From NCBI GenBank assembly GCA_041307885.1, contig JBFZCO010000062.1:3904-67903 (forward strand): DNA of 64,000 bases. The letters run 5' to 3'. Position numbers and translations under genes: made by a program. This DNA is from Burkholderiales bacterium (GTDB lineage: Bacteria > Pseudomonadota > Gammaproteobacteria > Burkholderiales > Burkholderiaceae). This document shows, in pieces, positions 19,956 to 31,594 of this stretch; positions within the stretch are counted from its first letter, which is position 1, and each line of letters opens with the position of its first letter. The notes beneath the pieces were generated by a model. That model saw only the letters and a program-made list of their open reading frames with translations, was not told the DNA's origin and did no database searches.

Positions 19956-22900
19956 TTACTGCTGCTTAAATTTCTTCTGTTGGTGATCTGCGCCGATGAA
20001 TAAATACATGGCCGGCACGACAAACAAAGTGAACAAAGTTCCAATTGATAAGCCTGTAAAGATAACAATACCCATCGATTGACGGCCGGCAGCACCAGCT
20101 CCGGAGGCGATAACTAAAGGCACTACACCCAAAACCATCGCTGCAGTTGTCATCAAAATTGGGCGTAAACGCACACTACTTGCTTCTACGATCGCATCTA
20201 ATTTACTGCGTCCTGCCTCTTGCAATTCATTTGCAAACTCAACAATTAAGATGCCATGTTTACTAATCAAGCCCATGAGAGTGACAAGCCCAACCTGGGT
20301 GTACACATTTAATGTAGTAAACCCAAGATTAATAAAGATGAGGGCCCCAAACAAAGCAAGTGGCACTGAAACCAAAATCACTATCGGATCACGGAAGCTT
20401 TCAAACTGAGCAGCTAATACCAAAAATACAATCAGGATCGCAAAAAACATCGTCACCAGGAAACCGCCAGACTCAGCCATAAATTGACGTGACGGCCCTG
20501 CGTAGTCTATCGAAAATCCATTAGGAGCTACCTCTTTTAAGGTCTGACGCATGAATTCTAGTAAATCAGCCTGAGAAATAAATGGCGTACTCACACCCGA
20601 GATCGTTGCGGAGTTTAACTGCTGAAAATGATTAATAGATTGCGGCACCACTCTTTGCTTAATACTGGCTATGGTGCGAGCCTGAATCATTTGACCGCTA
20701 GGGGTACGAATGTAGTAATCCAAAATCTGATCGGGATTAAGACGATCTACTTGTTTGACCTGGGGAATAACGCGATAGGAGCGCCCAGCTACAGAAAAGT
20801 AATTGACAAACCCGCCACCTAAAGCTGCTGATAGAGCGCTACCTACCTGTTGCTGTGTCATGCCTAGTGCTGCTACTTTTTCACGGTCAATCTCTAAGAC
20901 ATCTTGCGGCTTATCAATCTTTAAATCTGAGTCCACAAAGAAAAAATTACCGCTACGACGGGCTTTATCTAATACCGCTTGAGATACTTCATTTAGCAAT
21001 TCGTATGACTCAGTTGTATTAATGACTACTTGAACTGGTAAACCTTGAGCTCCCGGTAAGGCAGGGAACTGAAAGGCTGCCACTCGTGCACCAGCAATTG
21101 AATTCCATTTGCTCTGCATATCTTCTTGGAACTTAGTGGCATTACGGCTACGCTGATCCCAGTCTTTTAACAATACGCCACCAAAGCTACTAGTTGGACT
21201 AGTGATCTGAAACATCTGCTCATATTCTGGTTCTGCACTAGAAATTTGGAAGATCTGATCCGCATAGGTCTGCATTTGATTCACAGTGCTATTGGGTGGG
21301 CCAGAAGCCTGCATCAACACAATGCCCTGGTCTTCTGTTGGCGCAAGTTCAGCGCGAGCAGTAGCGTAAAGATAGGCTACCCCGCCTAATAGAATCGCGC
21401 CCATCACAATAATGACCTGCCAAGTACTCAATAGCTCACGTAGAGTACTTTGATAGCTATGGTGCACCTTATCAAAAATACGGTCGATTTTTTGTACGAA
21501 TGGTGAGGCTTCTTGCTCTTCCGTAAAGATGCGTGAACACATCATTGGTGAAAGCGTTAATGCAATTAATCCCGATACTGCTACGGCACTGGCCAAGGTA
21601 AAGGCAAACTCCGTAAACAGAGCGCCTGTTAGACCGCCTTGAAAACCAATTGGGATATACACCGCAATCAGAACAATGGTCATAGCCAAAATAGGGCCGC
21701 CTAACTCGCGCGCGGCAATTAAAGATGCTTCTAAGGGCGACTTACCCTCTTTCATATGTCGGTCGACGTTCTCCACCACAATAATTGCATCATCAACTAC
21801 CAAACCAATTGCCAACACCAAAGCTAACAAGGTTAATAAATTAATGGAGTAACCTAAAACCTGCATCAAGAAGAATGTGCCGATTAATGACAATGGCATT
21901 GCAATTACCGGTACCGCAACAGCACGAGCACTTCCTAAGAACAAGTAAATCACCACAGTAACAATCAGCAATGCCTCTAAGAGGGTTGCTACAACCTCAT
22001 CAATTGAGGTGGTAATAAACTTAGTGGAGTCGTAAACAATCTTGCCAGACATTCCAGTTGGCAACTGCTTTTGAATATCAGGGACGATAGCCCTTACCCG
22101 AGCCGCAACATCCAAGAGGTTGGCTTGAGGAGCTACCTTAATCGCAATGAATACAGATCTCTTGCCACTAAAAGCTACATTGGTGTTGTAGTCCTCAGAA
22201 CCCATGCTCACCGTAGCTACTTGATCTAAATAAACGAGATTAACGCCATCTTTCTTCACTACTAATTTACGGAATTCATCTAGGGTATGTAAATCCGTTC
22301 CGGCAACTAAGTCAACTGCGACCATATCGCCCTTGGTACTTCCAACGGCAGACAGATAGTTATTCGCAGCCAAGGCATTGTAGACATCATCGGCGCCTAC
22401 ACCTAGTCCGGCCATTCTCTCGCGATCGAGCCAGGCACGCAGTGCAAACTTACGGCCACCAGTAATCTCTGCATTTTGGACACCATCTACAGCGTCTAGC
22501 TTAGGCTTCACTACCCGTAATAGGTAGTCAGTAATCGCATTGTTTGGAATTTCATCACTGTAAAAGCCCATATACATTGCGGCAGTAGATTGACCTACCT
22601 GTACCGTCAGCACAGGTTGCTGAGCTTGTGGTGGCAACTGATTTTTAACAGAGCTAATCTGCGTTTGAATCTGGGTTAATGCCGCGTTAGAGTCATAGTT
22701 CAACTTTAAGGTAGCAACAATCGTTGATAGACCACTCACACTCATCGAGGACAAGTAGTCAATACCCTGCGACTGCGCAATTGCTGTCTCTAAAGGCTGT
22801 GTAATAAACCCTGCAATCGTCTCAGGATCTGCGCCAAAGTAAGCAGTGGTAATGGTGACAATGGCATTTTGTGTTTGTGGATATTGATTAACTGGCAGAG

Positions 22901-22991
22901 AGCCAACTGCCTTCAAACCAAAAACCAAAACGAGTGCACTCACTACCAGTGAGAGCACTGGCCTTCTAATAAATAGGTCGGTCCAATTCAT
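19956..22991 (-). CDS. RND efflux permease subunit (MexI/MexW-like)
   Basis: FIRRPV, GLVVDDAIIVVEN, QFESFRDP and RLRPILMTT motifs; 1011 aa. Confidence 0.95.
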   Translation of the reverse strand: MNWTDLFIRRPVLSLVVSALVLVFGLKAVGSLPVNQYPQTQNAIVTITTAYFGADPETIAGFITQPLETAIAQSQGIDYLSSMSVSGLSTIVATLKLNYDSNAALTQIQTQISSVKNQLPPQAQQPVLTVQVGQSTAAMYMGFYSDEIPNNAITDYLLRVVKPKLDAVDGVQNAEITGGRKFALRAWLDRERMAGLGVGADDVYNALAANNYLSAVGSTKGDMVAVDLVAGTDLHTLDEFRKLVVKKDGVNLVYLDQVATVSMGSEDYNTNVAFSGKRSVFIAIKVAPQANLLDVAARVRAIVPDIQKQLPTGMSGKIVYDSTKFITTSIDEVVATLLEALLIVTVVIYLFLGSARAVAVPVIAMPLSLIGTFFLMQVLGYSINLLTLLALVLAIGLVVDDAIIVVENVDRHMKEGKSPLEASLIAARELGGPILAMTIVLIAVYIPIGFQGGLTGALFTEFAFTLASAVAVSGLIALTLSPMMCSRIFTEEQEASPFVQKIDRIFDKVHHSYQSTLRELLSTWQVIIVMGAILLGGVAYLYATARAELAPTEDQGIVLMQASGPPNSTVNQMQTYADQIFQISSAEPEYEQMFQITSPTSSFGGVLLKDWDQRSRNATKFQEDMQSKWNSIAGARVAAFQFPALPGAQGLPVQVVINTTESYELLNEVSQAVLDKARRSGNFFFVDSDLKIDKPQDVLEIDREKVAALGMTQQQVGSALSAALGGGFVNYFSVAGRSYRVIPQVKQVDRLNPDQILDYYIRTPSGQMIQARTIASIKQRVVPQSINHFQQLNSATISGVSTPFISQADLLEFMRQTLKEVAPNGFSIDYAGPSRQFMAESGGFLVTMFFAILIVFLVLAAQFESFRDPIVILVSVPLALFGALIFINLGFTTLNVYTQVGLVTLMGLISKHGILIVEFANELQEAGRSKLDAIVEASSVRLRPILMTTAAMVLGVVPLVIASGAGAAGRQSMGIVIFTGLSIGTLFTLFVVPAMYLFIGADHQQKKFKQQ

Positions 22992-22998
22992 CTAGGAC

Positions 22999-24330
22999 TC
23001 ATTCCTGTGGCTGCGGATTAGGTGAATTCGCTGGTAACACTTTGTTATTCACAATGAGTGGTGTGCCATTCTTTAACTTCAATTGCCCACTAGTAACAAC
23101 CGTGTCACCTTCTTCAATACCCTTCAAAATAGCCACTTGATCACCACGTGTTGGACCTGTGGTGACGAAGACTTGCTGCGCTTCTAAGCCGGGATTGCCC
23201 TTTTTATCTTTTTTACCAGTTGGCTTAGCAATAAATACTGTGGAGCCATAAGGGTTATAAGTCACAGCAGTTTGAGGCAAAGTTAATAACTTCACTTGAT
23301 CGCCAAGCTTAATATTTACGTTAGCAAACATCCCAGGCAGAATCTTCTTATCTGGATTTGCTAATTGCGCCTCAATCTGAATATTGCGAGTATTGGTGTC
23401 CACCTTCGGACTAACAGCGCTAATTTTTCCAGTGAAGCTAGCGTCTTTGAAAGCATCAGTTGTGACAACGATCTCTTGGCCAACTGCAATTTGAGATGCA
23501 TTACTTTGTGGCAAATTAAAGTCTACAAAAATAGGATCTAAGGTTTGCAGAGTGAGTAGCTTATCTCCAGGATTAACGTATTGACCAGGGTTGATCATCA
23601 CAATACCCACACGCCCACTAAAAGGCGCTTTCAAATTCTTTTTAGCAACTAGTGCTGTCTGTTGCTCCACTTGAGCTTGCTTAGATGCTGCATCTGCCAA
23701 GCTGGTATCAAAGACATTTTTGCTAATTGCCTGTATCGCCAGTTGTTGCTTATCTCGCTCATTAATCACTTTAGCTAAATCAGCTAGCGCTTTTAAAGAC
23801 TTCAATTGCGCTACATCTGAGGAGTCATTGAGCTTAATAAGCAAATCACCCTCTTTGACATCCATGCCTGATTTGATTGATACCGACTGCACAAGACCAC
23901 CTAGCTCAGTGCTGAGTTCTACACCCCTGAAAGCGCGCACATTACCCACACTAGATAATTTAGGCTGCCACTCAGAATTGGCTACTACCATTGTTGAAAC
24001 CGTTGCAGGTGGTAAACCCATGCCAGAAATGAAGTACTTAATCATGGCCGTCTTCAGCTGATTAAATCCAAAAATGAGCCCAAGCAACAGAAAAACGCCA
24101 CACAACATGATGATCATGCGACGACGCAATGGTGTCATCGCTTGCAACTTGGTATATGCCTTGGTTTTCTTAATGCGCTCGCGCATGCGCACGCCTAAGG
24201 ACCTTATCTTTCCCCAAAAAGCGATTAACTTTTCTTTGAGCTTCCACTTCTGGGCTGTGGCAAGCGACCAAGCCCAGAAGGCCACTGCGATAGCAGTAAC
24301 TTTTGCTTTAATTGTTTCCAGAAGTTTCAT
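22999..24330 (-). CDS. RND periplasmic adaptor (MFP) with N-terminal extension
   Basis: LKAPFSGRVG, GQYVNPG, LPGMFANV and VVTSGQLKL motifs. Confidence 0.9.
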   Translation of the reverse strand: MKLLETIKAKVTAIAVAFWAWSLATAQKWKLKEKLIAFWGKIRSLGVRMRERIKKTKAYTKLQAMTPLRRRMIIMLCGVFLLLGLIFGFNQLKTAMIKYFISGMGLPPATVSTMVVANSEWQPKLSSVGNVRAFRGVELSTELGGLVQSVSIKSGMDVKEGDLLIKLNDSSDVAQLKSLKALADLAKVINERDKQQLAIQAISKNVFDTSLADAASKQAQVEQQTALVAKKNLKAPFSGRVGIVMINPGQYVNPGDKLLTLQTLDPIFVDFNLPQSNASQIAVGQEIVVTTDAFKDASFTGKISAVSPKVDTNTRNIQIEAQLANPDKKILPGMFANVNIKLGDQVKLLTLPQTAVTYNPYGSTVFIAKPTGKKDKKGNPGLEAQQVFVTTGPTRGDQVAILKGIEEGDTVVTSGQLKLKNGTPLIVNNKVLPANSPNPQPQE

Positions 24331-25849
24331 TTTGATCTTTGTTCGCTATGGCTTTTGGTTGAAAGGCAGGGCCGGTACGATTCCACCAGCCACCACCTAA
24401 TGCTGCAAATAATGCTGCAGTATCAGCAAAGCGAGTAGCTTGCGCTGATACTGATTTGACTTTAGCAATTTGATACTGATTCTGATAGTACAGAACTGCT
24501 AAGTAACTAGCAGTACCTAATTTGTATTGTTGTTGCACCAAATCTAATGTCTCATATGCATAACGTTCAGCATCTGATGCTGATTTCAATGCTTGTGCGC
24601 CAGTCTCTAGGGCGCGTAATGAATCAGCCACTTCTTGGAAAGCCTTCAGAACGGTGGCTTGATATTGAAAGACTGCCTGCTCATAGTTTGCAATAGCACC
24701 ACGACGTTGTGCCAGTAATTGGCCTCCCTGGAAAAGCGGCTGAAAAATCCCGCCAGCTACTGACCATAAAGCCGCATTTGGGCCAAACAGCGAACTACTA
24801 GTCAGAGCTGCAGAACCAATTGCACCGGTAATATTAAATTGCGGTAATAAGTTTGCAGTGGCTACCCCAACTAAGGCATTGGTTGATTTCAATTGGGCTT
24901 CAGCTGCACGTACATCAGGGCGCTGCCGTACTAAGCTTGACGGAATCGAAAGTGGTAACTTCTCAGGTAACTTTAAGGTACTCAGATTGAACTGAGTAAT
25001 TGCTGCATTGCTTGGTAATTCACCCACTAGCACCGCTAACTGATTACGAGCAAAAGAAAGATTGCGTTCGTAATTAATTAAATCTACCTCAGAGCTGGAT
25101 ACCAGAGTTCTTTGTGAGGTGACATCCACTTTAGAAACTGTTCCAATTCCTAATTGCCGCTCTGTCACTTCAGCTAAATTTGTTTGGGCTTTTAAAATTT
25201 CTTCCGTCGCCTGCATCTGCGCACGTAATGCTGCCTCACGTACTGCTCCCGTAACAATATTGGCCGTTAAGGAGAGATAAGCGCCCTCCAATTGAAACTG
25301 AGCAATTTCTGCTCTCGCTCTAGCACTTTCAACTGTCCGCCTAGCACCACCAAAGACATCGAGCTTATATGTCACATTTACAGTAGCATTATATAAATTA
25401 TAGGTGTCAGAGCCATATGGCAGGCCATAAATAGCTGAAGGCTGTAGCTGACGAGATGCACCCCCATTCAAACCTATTGCCGGAAAGTACTGACCACCGA
25501 TTTGTGCATTGACGTTTTCTTGACTAGAACGCAGTGCTGCATCTGCAGCGCCAAGTGTAGGATTTTGCTGCAATGCTTTTTTGATCAATGCATCCAACTC
25601 TGGAGACTTAAATAATTCCCACCATTGCGCCTCAATATCAGCACCTTCCACAAACTCCTGTGCTGATCCCCCTGGAACACCAGGTGCTGTTGCTAGTTCC
25701 TTAGATAACTTAGTCTCGGTATAGCTGGAAGTTTTGGGCGCATCGGGCTGCTTAAAATCTGGGCCAACCGCACATGCAGAGAGGAGCCCCGCACAAATAA
25801 GCGGAAGCAAATGTAGTCGCGCAATGCAGAATTCTTTTGAGTAAAACAT
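24308..25849 (-). CDS. RND outer membrane lipoprotein (OprM/NodT family)
   Basis: LSAC lipobox followed by VGPDF; WW..F..P.L..LI, RQRPDVRAAE and LGGGW motifs. Start uncertain. Confidence 0.9.
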   Translation of the reverse strand: MFYSKEFCIARLHLLPLICAGLLSACAVGPDFKQPDAPKTSSYTETKLSKELATAPGVPGGSAQEFVEGADIEAQWWELFKSPELDALIKKALQQNPTLGAADAALRSSQENVNAQIGGQYFPAIGLNGGASRQLQPSAIYGLPYGSDTYNLYNATVNVTYKLDVFGGARRTVESARARAEIAQFQLEGAYLSLTANIVTGAVREAALRAQMQATEEILKAQTNLAEVTERQLGIGTVSKVDVTSQRTLVSSSEVDLINYERNLSFARNQLAVLVGELPSNAAITQFNLSTLKLPEKLPLSIPSSLVRQRPDVRAAEAQLKSTNALVGVATANLLPQFNITGAIGSAALTSSSLFGPNAALWSVAGGIFQPLFQGGQLLAQRRGAIANYEQAVFQYQATVLKAFQEVADSLRALETGAQALKSASDAERYAYETLDLVQQQYKLGTASYLAVLYYQNQYQIAKVKSVSAQATRFADTAALFAALGGGWWNRTGPAFQPKAIANKDQNETSGNN

Positions 25850-25993
25850 GAGGTGGTGCAAATATCCTTTTCTACTGCAGTTATTTGACCACACTTTTAC
25901 AAACAAGTCTGTGTAACGCCTTGATTCTAATGATGAATTTTTTGTACACAGCTCGGCAAAGAAGTCAAATAGAATTTTTACCGCCCCTCGTTT

Positions 25994-26857
25994 TTAGTGG
26001 GCAATTTTTCCAAAGGCACCGGAATTAAAGTCATTTACAGCCTGGGCAATTTCTTCTTTCGTATTCATCACAAAAGGTCCATAACCAACAATAGGCTCAT
26101 GAATTGGCTCTCCGCTCAGTAACAAGGCAACTGAATCCTCAAGCACATTGATTTCAATATCCCTATCTTCAGTACTGAACATCAGCATTTGTGCGTCTTT
26201 AGCCACAATCCCATCGCCAGCTTGAATGGCCCCAGTCAAAACCACCAATGAGGTATTCCAACCCTCCGGCGCGGGTAAAGTTGTGAGGCCTTTTTTCAAC
26301 TTGAGATCAACTACATTCATAGGCGTAAATGTTCTTGCCGGCCCAGCATGGCCCTCTAACTGACCAGCAATAATACGGGCGACTCCAGCACCATCAATAA
26401 GCTCATAAGCAGGGATTTGCTGATCCAAAATGGCTTGATATGCTGGCGCTGTCATTTTCTCTTTGGCAGGTAAGTTGACCCAAAGTTGCACCATGTTTAA
26501 AGTCCCACCATTCTTAGCAAACCGTTCCGAATGAAACTCTTCGTGCAGGATTCCCGATCCAGCAGTCATCCACTGCACATCGCCAGGACCAATAACACCA
26601 CCTTGCCCAGTAGAATCTTTGTGTGCAACCTCGCCCTCATACACAATGGTGACGGTTTCAAATCCACGATGGGGATGCGAGCCAACACCCTTTCGATCAG
26701 CAGTTGAGGGGAATTCAGCTGGCCCAGCGTAATCGAGCATTAAAAATGGGCTCATTTGTTTGCCCAGATTTTGATAGAAAAATAAAGTACGCACTGGGAA
26801 GCCGTCCCCCACCCAATGCCCCTGATCATTGCCTTGAATGCCGATGACTTTTTTCAT
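25994..26857 (-). CDS. Pirin family protein
   Basis: PFLMLD, HPHRGFETVT, VQWMTAGSGILHEE, QLWVNLP and YGPFVMN motifs. Confidence 0.93.
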   Translation of the reverse strand: MKKVIGIQGNDQGHWVGDGFPVRTLFFYQNLGKQMSPFLMLDYAGPAEFPSTADRKGVGSHPHRGFETVTIVYEGEVAHKDSTGQGGVIGPGDVQWMTAGSGILHEEFHSERFAKNGGTLNMVQLWVNLPAKEKMTAPAYQAILDQQIPAYELIDGAGVARIIAGQLEGHAGPARTFTPMNVVDLKLKKGLTTLPAPEGWNTSLVVLTGAIQAGDGIVAKDAQMLMFSTEDRDIEINVLEDSVALLLSGEPIHEPIVGYGPFVMNTKEEIAQAVNDFNSGAFGKIAH

Positions 26858-26928
26858 AAATTGCTCAATAGCTTGTTTAGATATCCTAACTTACTTGCTT
26901 TTACATCAGGATGCAATCACCTTGGAAA

Positions 26929-28761
26929 CTACTCGACCGTAACGCTCTTTGCTAAATTACGTGGCTTATCTACATCCGTACCTAGTGCACAAGCTGTATG
27001 GTAAGAAAGTAGTTGCAGAGGAACTACATGCAAAATTGGGGAGAGATTGCCGTAGTTCTCAGGCAAACGAATAACATTGATGCCCTCACTACTAGTGATG
27101 TTGCCATCTTGATCAGCAAAGACGTATAGCTTGCCACCACGAGCCTTAACCTCTTGCATATTGGACTTGAGCTTTTCCAATAAAACATCATTTGGTGCAA
27201 CCGTGACTACCGGCATCTTTTCAGTTACTAAAGCAAGCGGGCCATGCTTGAGCTCTCCTGCTGGGTAGGCCTCTGCATGAATATAAGAAATCTCTTTGAG
27301 CTTGAGCGCACCTTCAAGTGCAATCGGGTAATGCATACCACGGCCTAAAAACAAAGCATTTTCACATTTAGAAAATGCATTACTCCAAGCAATAATCTGG
27401 GGCTCAAGAGCCAATACTGCATGTAAAGCTTTAGGTAAATGACGCAACTCTCGAAGCAGATCTTTTTCGCGCTTAGCATCGATCCTGCCGGCACGTTTGG
27501 CTAATGACACCGCCAATAAATACAATGCGACTAATTGTGTAGTGAATGCTTTGGTAGACGCAACACCAATCTCAGTACCGGCCTTTGTTAAAAAATGCCA
27601 TTTAGTCTCACGAACCATGGCGCTACTGGCCACATTACAAATTGCTAAAGTGTACTGATGACCCAAAGCTTGGGCATGACGTAAGGCCGCCAATGTATCA
27701 GCTGTCTCGCCTGACTGAGATACCACTACCACCAAAGCGTGTGGATTGGGGACCGTAGTGCGATAGCGATACTCACTCGCAATTTCTACTTGAGTAGGAA
27801 TACCTGCAATATCTTCCAACCAATATTTAGCTACACAAGCAGAGTAATAACTGGTACCACATGCCAAAATCAGTATTTGGTCAAACTTTTTCCAGTCTTC
27901 AGGTTCAGCATTGAATAACTCTGGGCCAAAGCTCGCGATGTTAGCCAAAGTGTCGCTAATAGCCCTAGGTTGTTCAAAGATCTCTTTTTGCATGTAATGC
28001 TGGTACGGCCCAAGATCAACAGAATCAGCCTGAGCAGGCATCGGCTTTTGTTCTCGTTGAGCAATGTTGCCTGCCTGATCAATTATCTGAACACCATCTG
28101 CCTTGAGAATGGCAATATCACCCTCCTCCAAGTACATCATGGAGCGTGCTCTACCGGCTAAAGCTAGTGCATCAGATGCTAAAAAGTTTTCCTGCTCACC
28201 TAGCGCTACTACTAGAGGGGAGCCCACGCGGGCACCAATCAAAACATCAGGGCAGTCTTGAGCAATGACTCCAATCGCGTAAGCTCCATGCAAACGCGGC
28301 AAAACGGATTTAACAGCACTAACTAAACCCGCATCGTGATGAGATTGATATGCTTGATGAATTAAATGTGCAATGACTTCAGTATCAGTCTCTGAAGTAA
28401 ATTCATATCCAGCAGACTTTAATTCAATACGAAGTGTTTCATAGTTTTCAATAATGCCGTTGTGAACTACAGCAATTAATCCACCAGAAATATGGGGATG
28501 TGCATTTTGGGTATCTGGCTTACCGTGCGTTGCCCAACGAGTGTGAGCAATACCCAAAGTCCCATGAAAATCTTTACCTTGCTCTGCCAATTCAGAAACA
28601 CGAGCAGTTGTACGTGCACGCTCAATCACATGCTTTGGATCATTACCATCAATCACCGCAAAACCACAAGAATCATAGCCGCGATACTCAAGACGGCGCA
28701 ACCCTTCAATCAGAACATCAACAATATTTTTACGCGATGCAGCGCCAACAATTCCGCACAT
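26929..28761 (-). CDS. glmS: Glutamine--fructose-6-phosphate transaminase
   Basis: MCGIVG start, [17 protein letters not shown] and C-terminal [11 protein letters not shown]. Confidence 0.98.
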   Translation of the reverse strand: MCGIVGAASRKNIVDVLIEGLRRLEYRGYDSCGFAVIDGNDPKHVIERARTTARVSELAEQGKDFHGTLGIAHTRWATHGKPDTQNAHPHISGGLIAVVHNGIIENYETLRIELKSAGYEFTSETDTEVIAHLIHQAYQSHHDAGLVSAVKSVLPRLHGAYAIGVIAQDCPDVLIGARVGSPLVVALGEQENFLASDALALAGRARSMMYLEEGDIAILKADGVQIIDQAGNIAQREQKPMPAQADSVDLGPYQHYMQKEIFEQPRAISDTLANIASFGPELFNAEPEDWKKFDQILILACGTSYYSACVAKYWLEDIAGIPTQVEIASEYRYRTTVPNPHALVVVVSQSGETADTLAALRHAQALGHQYTLAICNVASSAMVRETKWHFLTKAGTEIGVASTKAFTTQLVALYLLAVSLAKRAGRIDAKREKDLLRELRHLPKALHAVLALEPQIIAWSNAFSKCENALFLGRGMHYPIALEGALKLKEISYIHAEAYPAGELKHGPLALVTEKMPVVTVAPNDVLLEKLKSNMQEVKARGGKLYVFADQDGNITSSEGINVIRLPENYGNLSPILHVVPLQLLSYHTACALGTDVDKPRNLAKSVTVE

Positions 28762-30221
28762 TATTTTTTTACCTTCACGGATTTTTTAGCAGTTACTTTT
28801 TTAGTTGCCGGACTCTTGTCTTTCTTGACAGGGCGTTCCCATGGTAAAGAAACTTGCTTGGCACGCGATACAGTTAATTGATTTGGCGGGGCATCTTTAG
28901 TCAGAGTAGTGCCTGCCCCCAAAGTAGCACCACGACCAACACGAACTGGGGCAACTAATTGAGTATCAGAACCAATAAACACGTCATCTTCAATAATCGT
29001 TTGATGCTTGTTCACCCCATCGTAATTGCAGGTAATGGTTCCAGCGCCAATATTGACCCTTGAGCCCACAATAGAATCTCCCACATAAGCCAAATGATTA
29101 GCCTTACTGTTTGACGCAATCTGACTGTTCTTCACTTCAACAAAGTTACCAATATGCACATCATTTGCTAAATCAGCACCTGGCCGCAAACGGGCATAAG
29201 GTCCAATCAATGAAGCCGCGCCAACTTTTGCTCCATCAATATGACTAAAGGGGTGAATCACTACGTCTTTGCCGATCATGCTATTGCGAATAATGCAATA
29301 TGGCCCTACTTTTGTGCCAGCAGCTAAAGTGACGCATCCCTCAAATACACAGCCCACATCAATAAAAACATCGGTACCGCACTCAAGTGTTCCACGAATA
29401 TCAATCCGTGCTGGATCAGCTAAAGACACTCCCGCATCCATCAATAGGTTTGCTTGATTGAGTTGGTGCACGCGCTCTAAGGCTGCTAACTGATCACGAC
29501 TATTAACTCCAATCGTTTCATATTCTGCATCGGCCTGAGCTGTACGAATCGGCACACCATCTTTGACTGCCATTGCAATCACATCAGTTAAGTAGTATTC
29601 ACCTTGAGCATTGCTAGCACGCAAAGCCTTTAACCATTTCTTCAGAGAGTTGGTTGGCAAAACCATCATGCCAGTGTTAATTTCTTGAATCCGCTTTTGC
29701 TCAGATGTGGCATCTTTTTCTTCAACAATCGCTTTGACTGATCCATCAATATCGCGCACGATACGGCCATAGCCTGTTGGGTCACTTAGATTTTGAGTTA
29801 GAAGCGCTAAAGCAGAATCTTGTCCACGAACGCCATCAGCTAATTTGGCTAACTTAGAGAGCGTCTTTTTACTTGTGAGGGGCACATCACCATATAGAAC
29901 TAAGGTTGGCTCATTCACATCTAGCTTTTGTAGCGCCTGTAATAGCGCATGGCCAGTCCCTTTTTGCTCTGCCTGTAATGCAGTGGTGACCCTAGCAAAA
30001 TTGGAATCTTGCAAACTGATAGAAGCTAGAAATTCTTTTACGTCTGCAGCGCCATGACCAACCACCACAATAGGGCCAGTGCTTACATTTTTACCTTGTA
30101 AGTCCAGGGCAGTCGAGAGAACATACTGTAGAAGCGGTTTCCCTGCCAAGGTTTGAAGAACCTTGGGTAAGGCGGATTTCATCCGCTTTCCCTGCCCAGC
30201 AGCCAAAATAACGATGTTCAT
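28761..30221 (-). CDS. glmU: Bifunctional UDP-GlcNAc pyrophosphorylase/glucosamine-1-P acetyltransferase
   Basis: [21 protein letters not shown], hexapeptide repeats and TCNYDG motif. Confidence 0.97.
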   Translation of the reverse strand: MNIVILAAGQGKRMKSALPKVLQTLAGKPLLQYVLSTALDLQGKNVSTGPIVVVGHGAADVKEFLASISLQDSNFARVTTALQAEQKGTGHALLQALQKLDVNEPTLVLYGDVPLTSKKTLSKLAKLADGVRGQDSALALLTQNLSDPTGYGRIVRDIDGSVKAIVEEKDATSEQKRIQEINTGMMVLPTNSLKKWLKALRASNAQGEYYLTDVIAMAVKDGVPIRTAQADAEYETIGVNSRDQLAALERVHQLNQANLLMDAGVSLADPARIDIRGTLECGTDVFIDVGCVFEGCVTLAAGTKVGPYCIIRNSMIGKDVVIHPFSHIDGAKVGAASLIGPYARLRPGADLANDVHIGNFVEVKNSQIASNSKANHLAYVGDSIVGSRVNIGAGTITCNYDGVNKHQTIIEDDVFIGSDTQLVAPVRVGRGATLGAGTTLTKDAPPNQLTVSRAKQVSLPWERPVKKDKSPATKKVTAKKSVKVKK

Positions 30222-31126
30222 AAAGAGGGATTATAAGTCCCCTGAATTAGCGTTCCGCACGCTAATTCGTTGATTTCTGTCTCATCAATTGCCTTGTCGC
30301 CATCTGATCTGGCTGCAATACCTGACAACTCCGTGGAAATTTCCAGGTTTTTGAAATCAAAGGCTTCGCCATCCATTAAGTGGGAAGGGACGATATGGTG
30401 CATTGAGCGAAATAAGTTCTCTACGCGCCCGGGATACTTCTTTTCCCAGTCACGTAGCATTTCTTTCATAGCGCCGCGCTGTAAATTAGGCTGACTGCCA
30501 CAAAGATTGCAGGGAATGATCGGAAAGTTCATGTCTACTGCATAACGCTCAAGTAGCTTTTCTGGAACATAGGCCAATGGACGAATCACAATATGCTTAC
30601 CATCGTCTGAGCGTAACTTGGGCGGCATGGCCTTGAGCTTCCCGGCAAAGAACATGTTTAAGAGCATGGTTTCTAAAATATCATCCCGATGATGACCTAA
30701 TGCAATCTTAGTTGCACCCAACTCATCAGCAACTCGATACAAAATACCCCGTCGCAAACGTGAACATAATCCGCAGGTTGTTTTACCTTCCGGAACTACA
30801 CGCTTAACAATACTATAGGTATCTTGATTTTCAATATGAAATGAGACGCCTAGCGCAGTTAAATAATTAGGTAATATTTCTGCTGGAAATCCTGGTTGTT
30901 TTTGATCTAGATTTACCGCAACAATTTCAAAGTGAATAGGGGCACGCTCACGTAGCTTGAGCAAGATATCTAGCATAGCGTAACTATCTTTGCCGCCTGA
31001 TAAACAAACCATGACTTTATCGCCATCTTCAATCATGCCAAAGTCACCTATTGCTTGACCAACTAAACGGCATAACTTCTTCTCAAGTTTATTTTCTTCG
31101 AAGACGACTTTACGAATATCACCCAT
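30218..31126 (-). CDS. ttcA: tRNA 2-thiocytidine(32) synthetase
   Basis: SGGKDS PP-loop, [16 protein letters not shown] and PCNLCGSQ motifs. Confidence 0.95.
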   Translation of the reverse strand: MGDIRKVVFEENKLEKKLCRLVGQAIGDFGMIEDGDKVMVCLSGGKDSYAMLDILLKLRERAPIHFEIVAVNLDQKQPGFPAEILPNYLTALGVSFHIENQDTYSIVKRVVPEGKTTCGLCSRLRRGILYRVADELGATKIALGHHRDDILETMLLNMFFAGKLKAMPPKLRSDDGKHIVIRPLAYVPEKLLERYAVDMNFPIIPCNLCGSQPNLQRGAMKEMLRDWEKKYPGRVENLFRSMHHIVPSHLMDGEAFDFKNLEISTELSGIAARSDGDKAIDETEINELACGTLIQGTYNPSL

Positions 31127-31141
31127 AAATTTAAATTCTTT

Positions 31142-31552
31142 TCACAATGAATTACTTGAGTCCTGCTTCATTCGAAATACTTCGACTCCGACTGAGTGAC
31201 AATCTGGATACACATCGGGCTTAGCTGTACTCACACGTGCTGCAATGACCTTTGGATGCTGCAACATGGCAGTAACAATGTCATCACAAAAAGTTTCTTG
31301 TAAATGGATGTGGCCCTGAGAAGACCTAGCCTTAATGGTTTCGCGCATAAAGTCATAATCAACTACCTCCTCTAATAAGTCTTTAGAGGGCGTATTCATT
31401 GCCATGGGAATATATAAATCGACATTCAAAATAACGCGTTGCTCAGCCTTTTTCTCAAAGTCATGAACACCAATATTGATATAGATTTCATAATCTCGCA
31501 AAAACAAGCGGCGACAATCAGTTAGTACTGGGTGGGAGAGAATCGCTTGCAT
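31142..31552 (-). CDS. folB: Dihydroneopterin aldolase
   Basis: IGVHDFEK..EQRV, VDYD and HLQET...AKPDVYPD motifs. Confidence 0.88.
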   Translation of the reverse strand: MQAILSHPVLTDCRRLFLRDYEIYINIGVHDFEKKAEQRVILNVDLYIPMAMNTPSKDLLEEVVDYDFMRETIKARSSQGHIHLQETFCDDIVTAMLQHPKVIAARVSTAKPDVYPDCHSVGVEVFRMKQDSSNSL

Positions 31553-31594
31553 AAATTTGTCTTAGCTCTTAAATGAAATTGTGTATTAAAACGC

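Noticed and set aside
26858-26965. attTn7 site at the glmS 3' end, with a TGT about 24 nt past the stop
   Set aside because: The following bases do not resemble a Tn7 end, and there are no tns genes or repeated TnsB sites. The site looks unoccupied.
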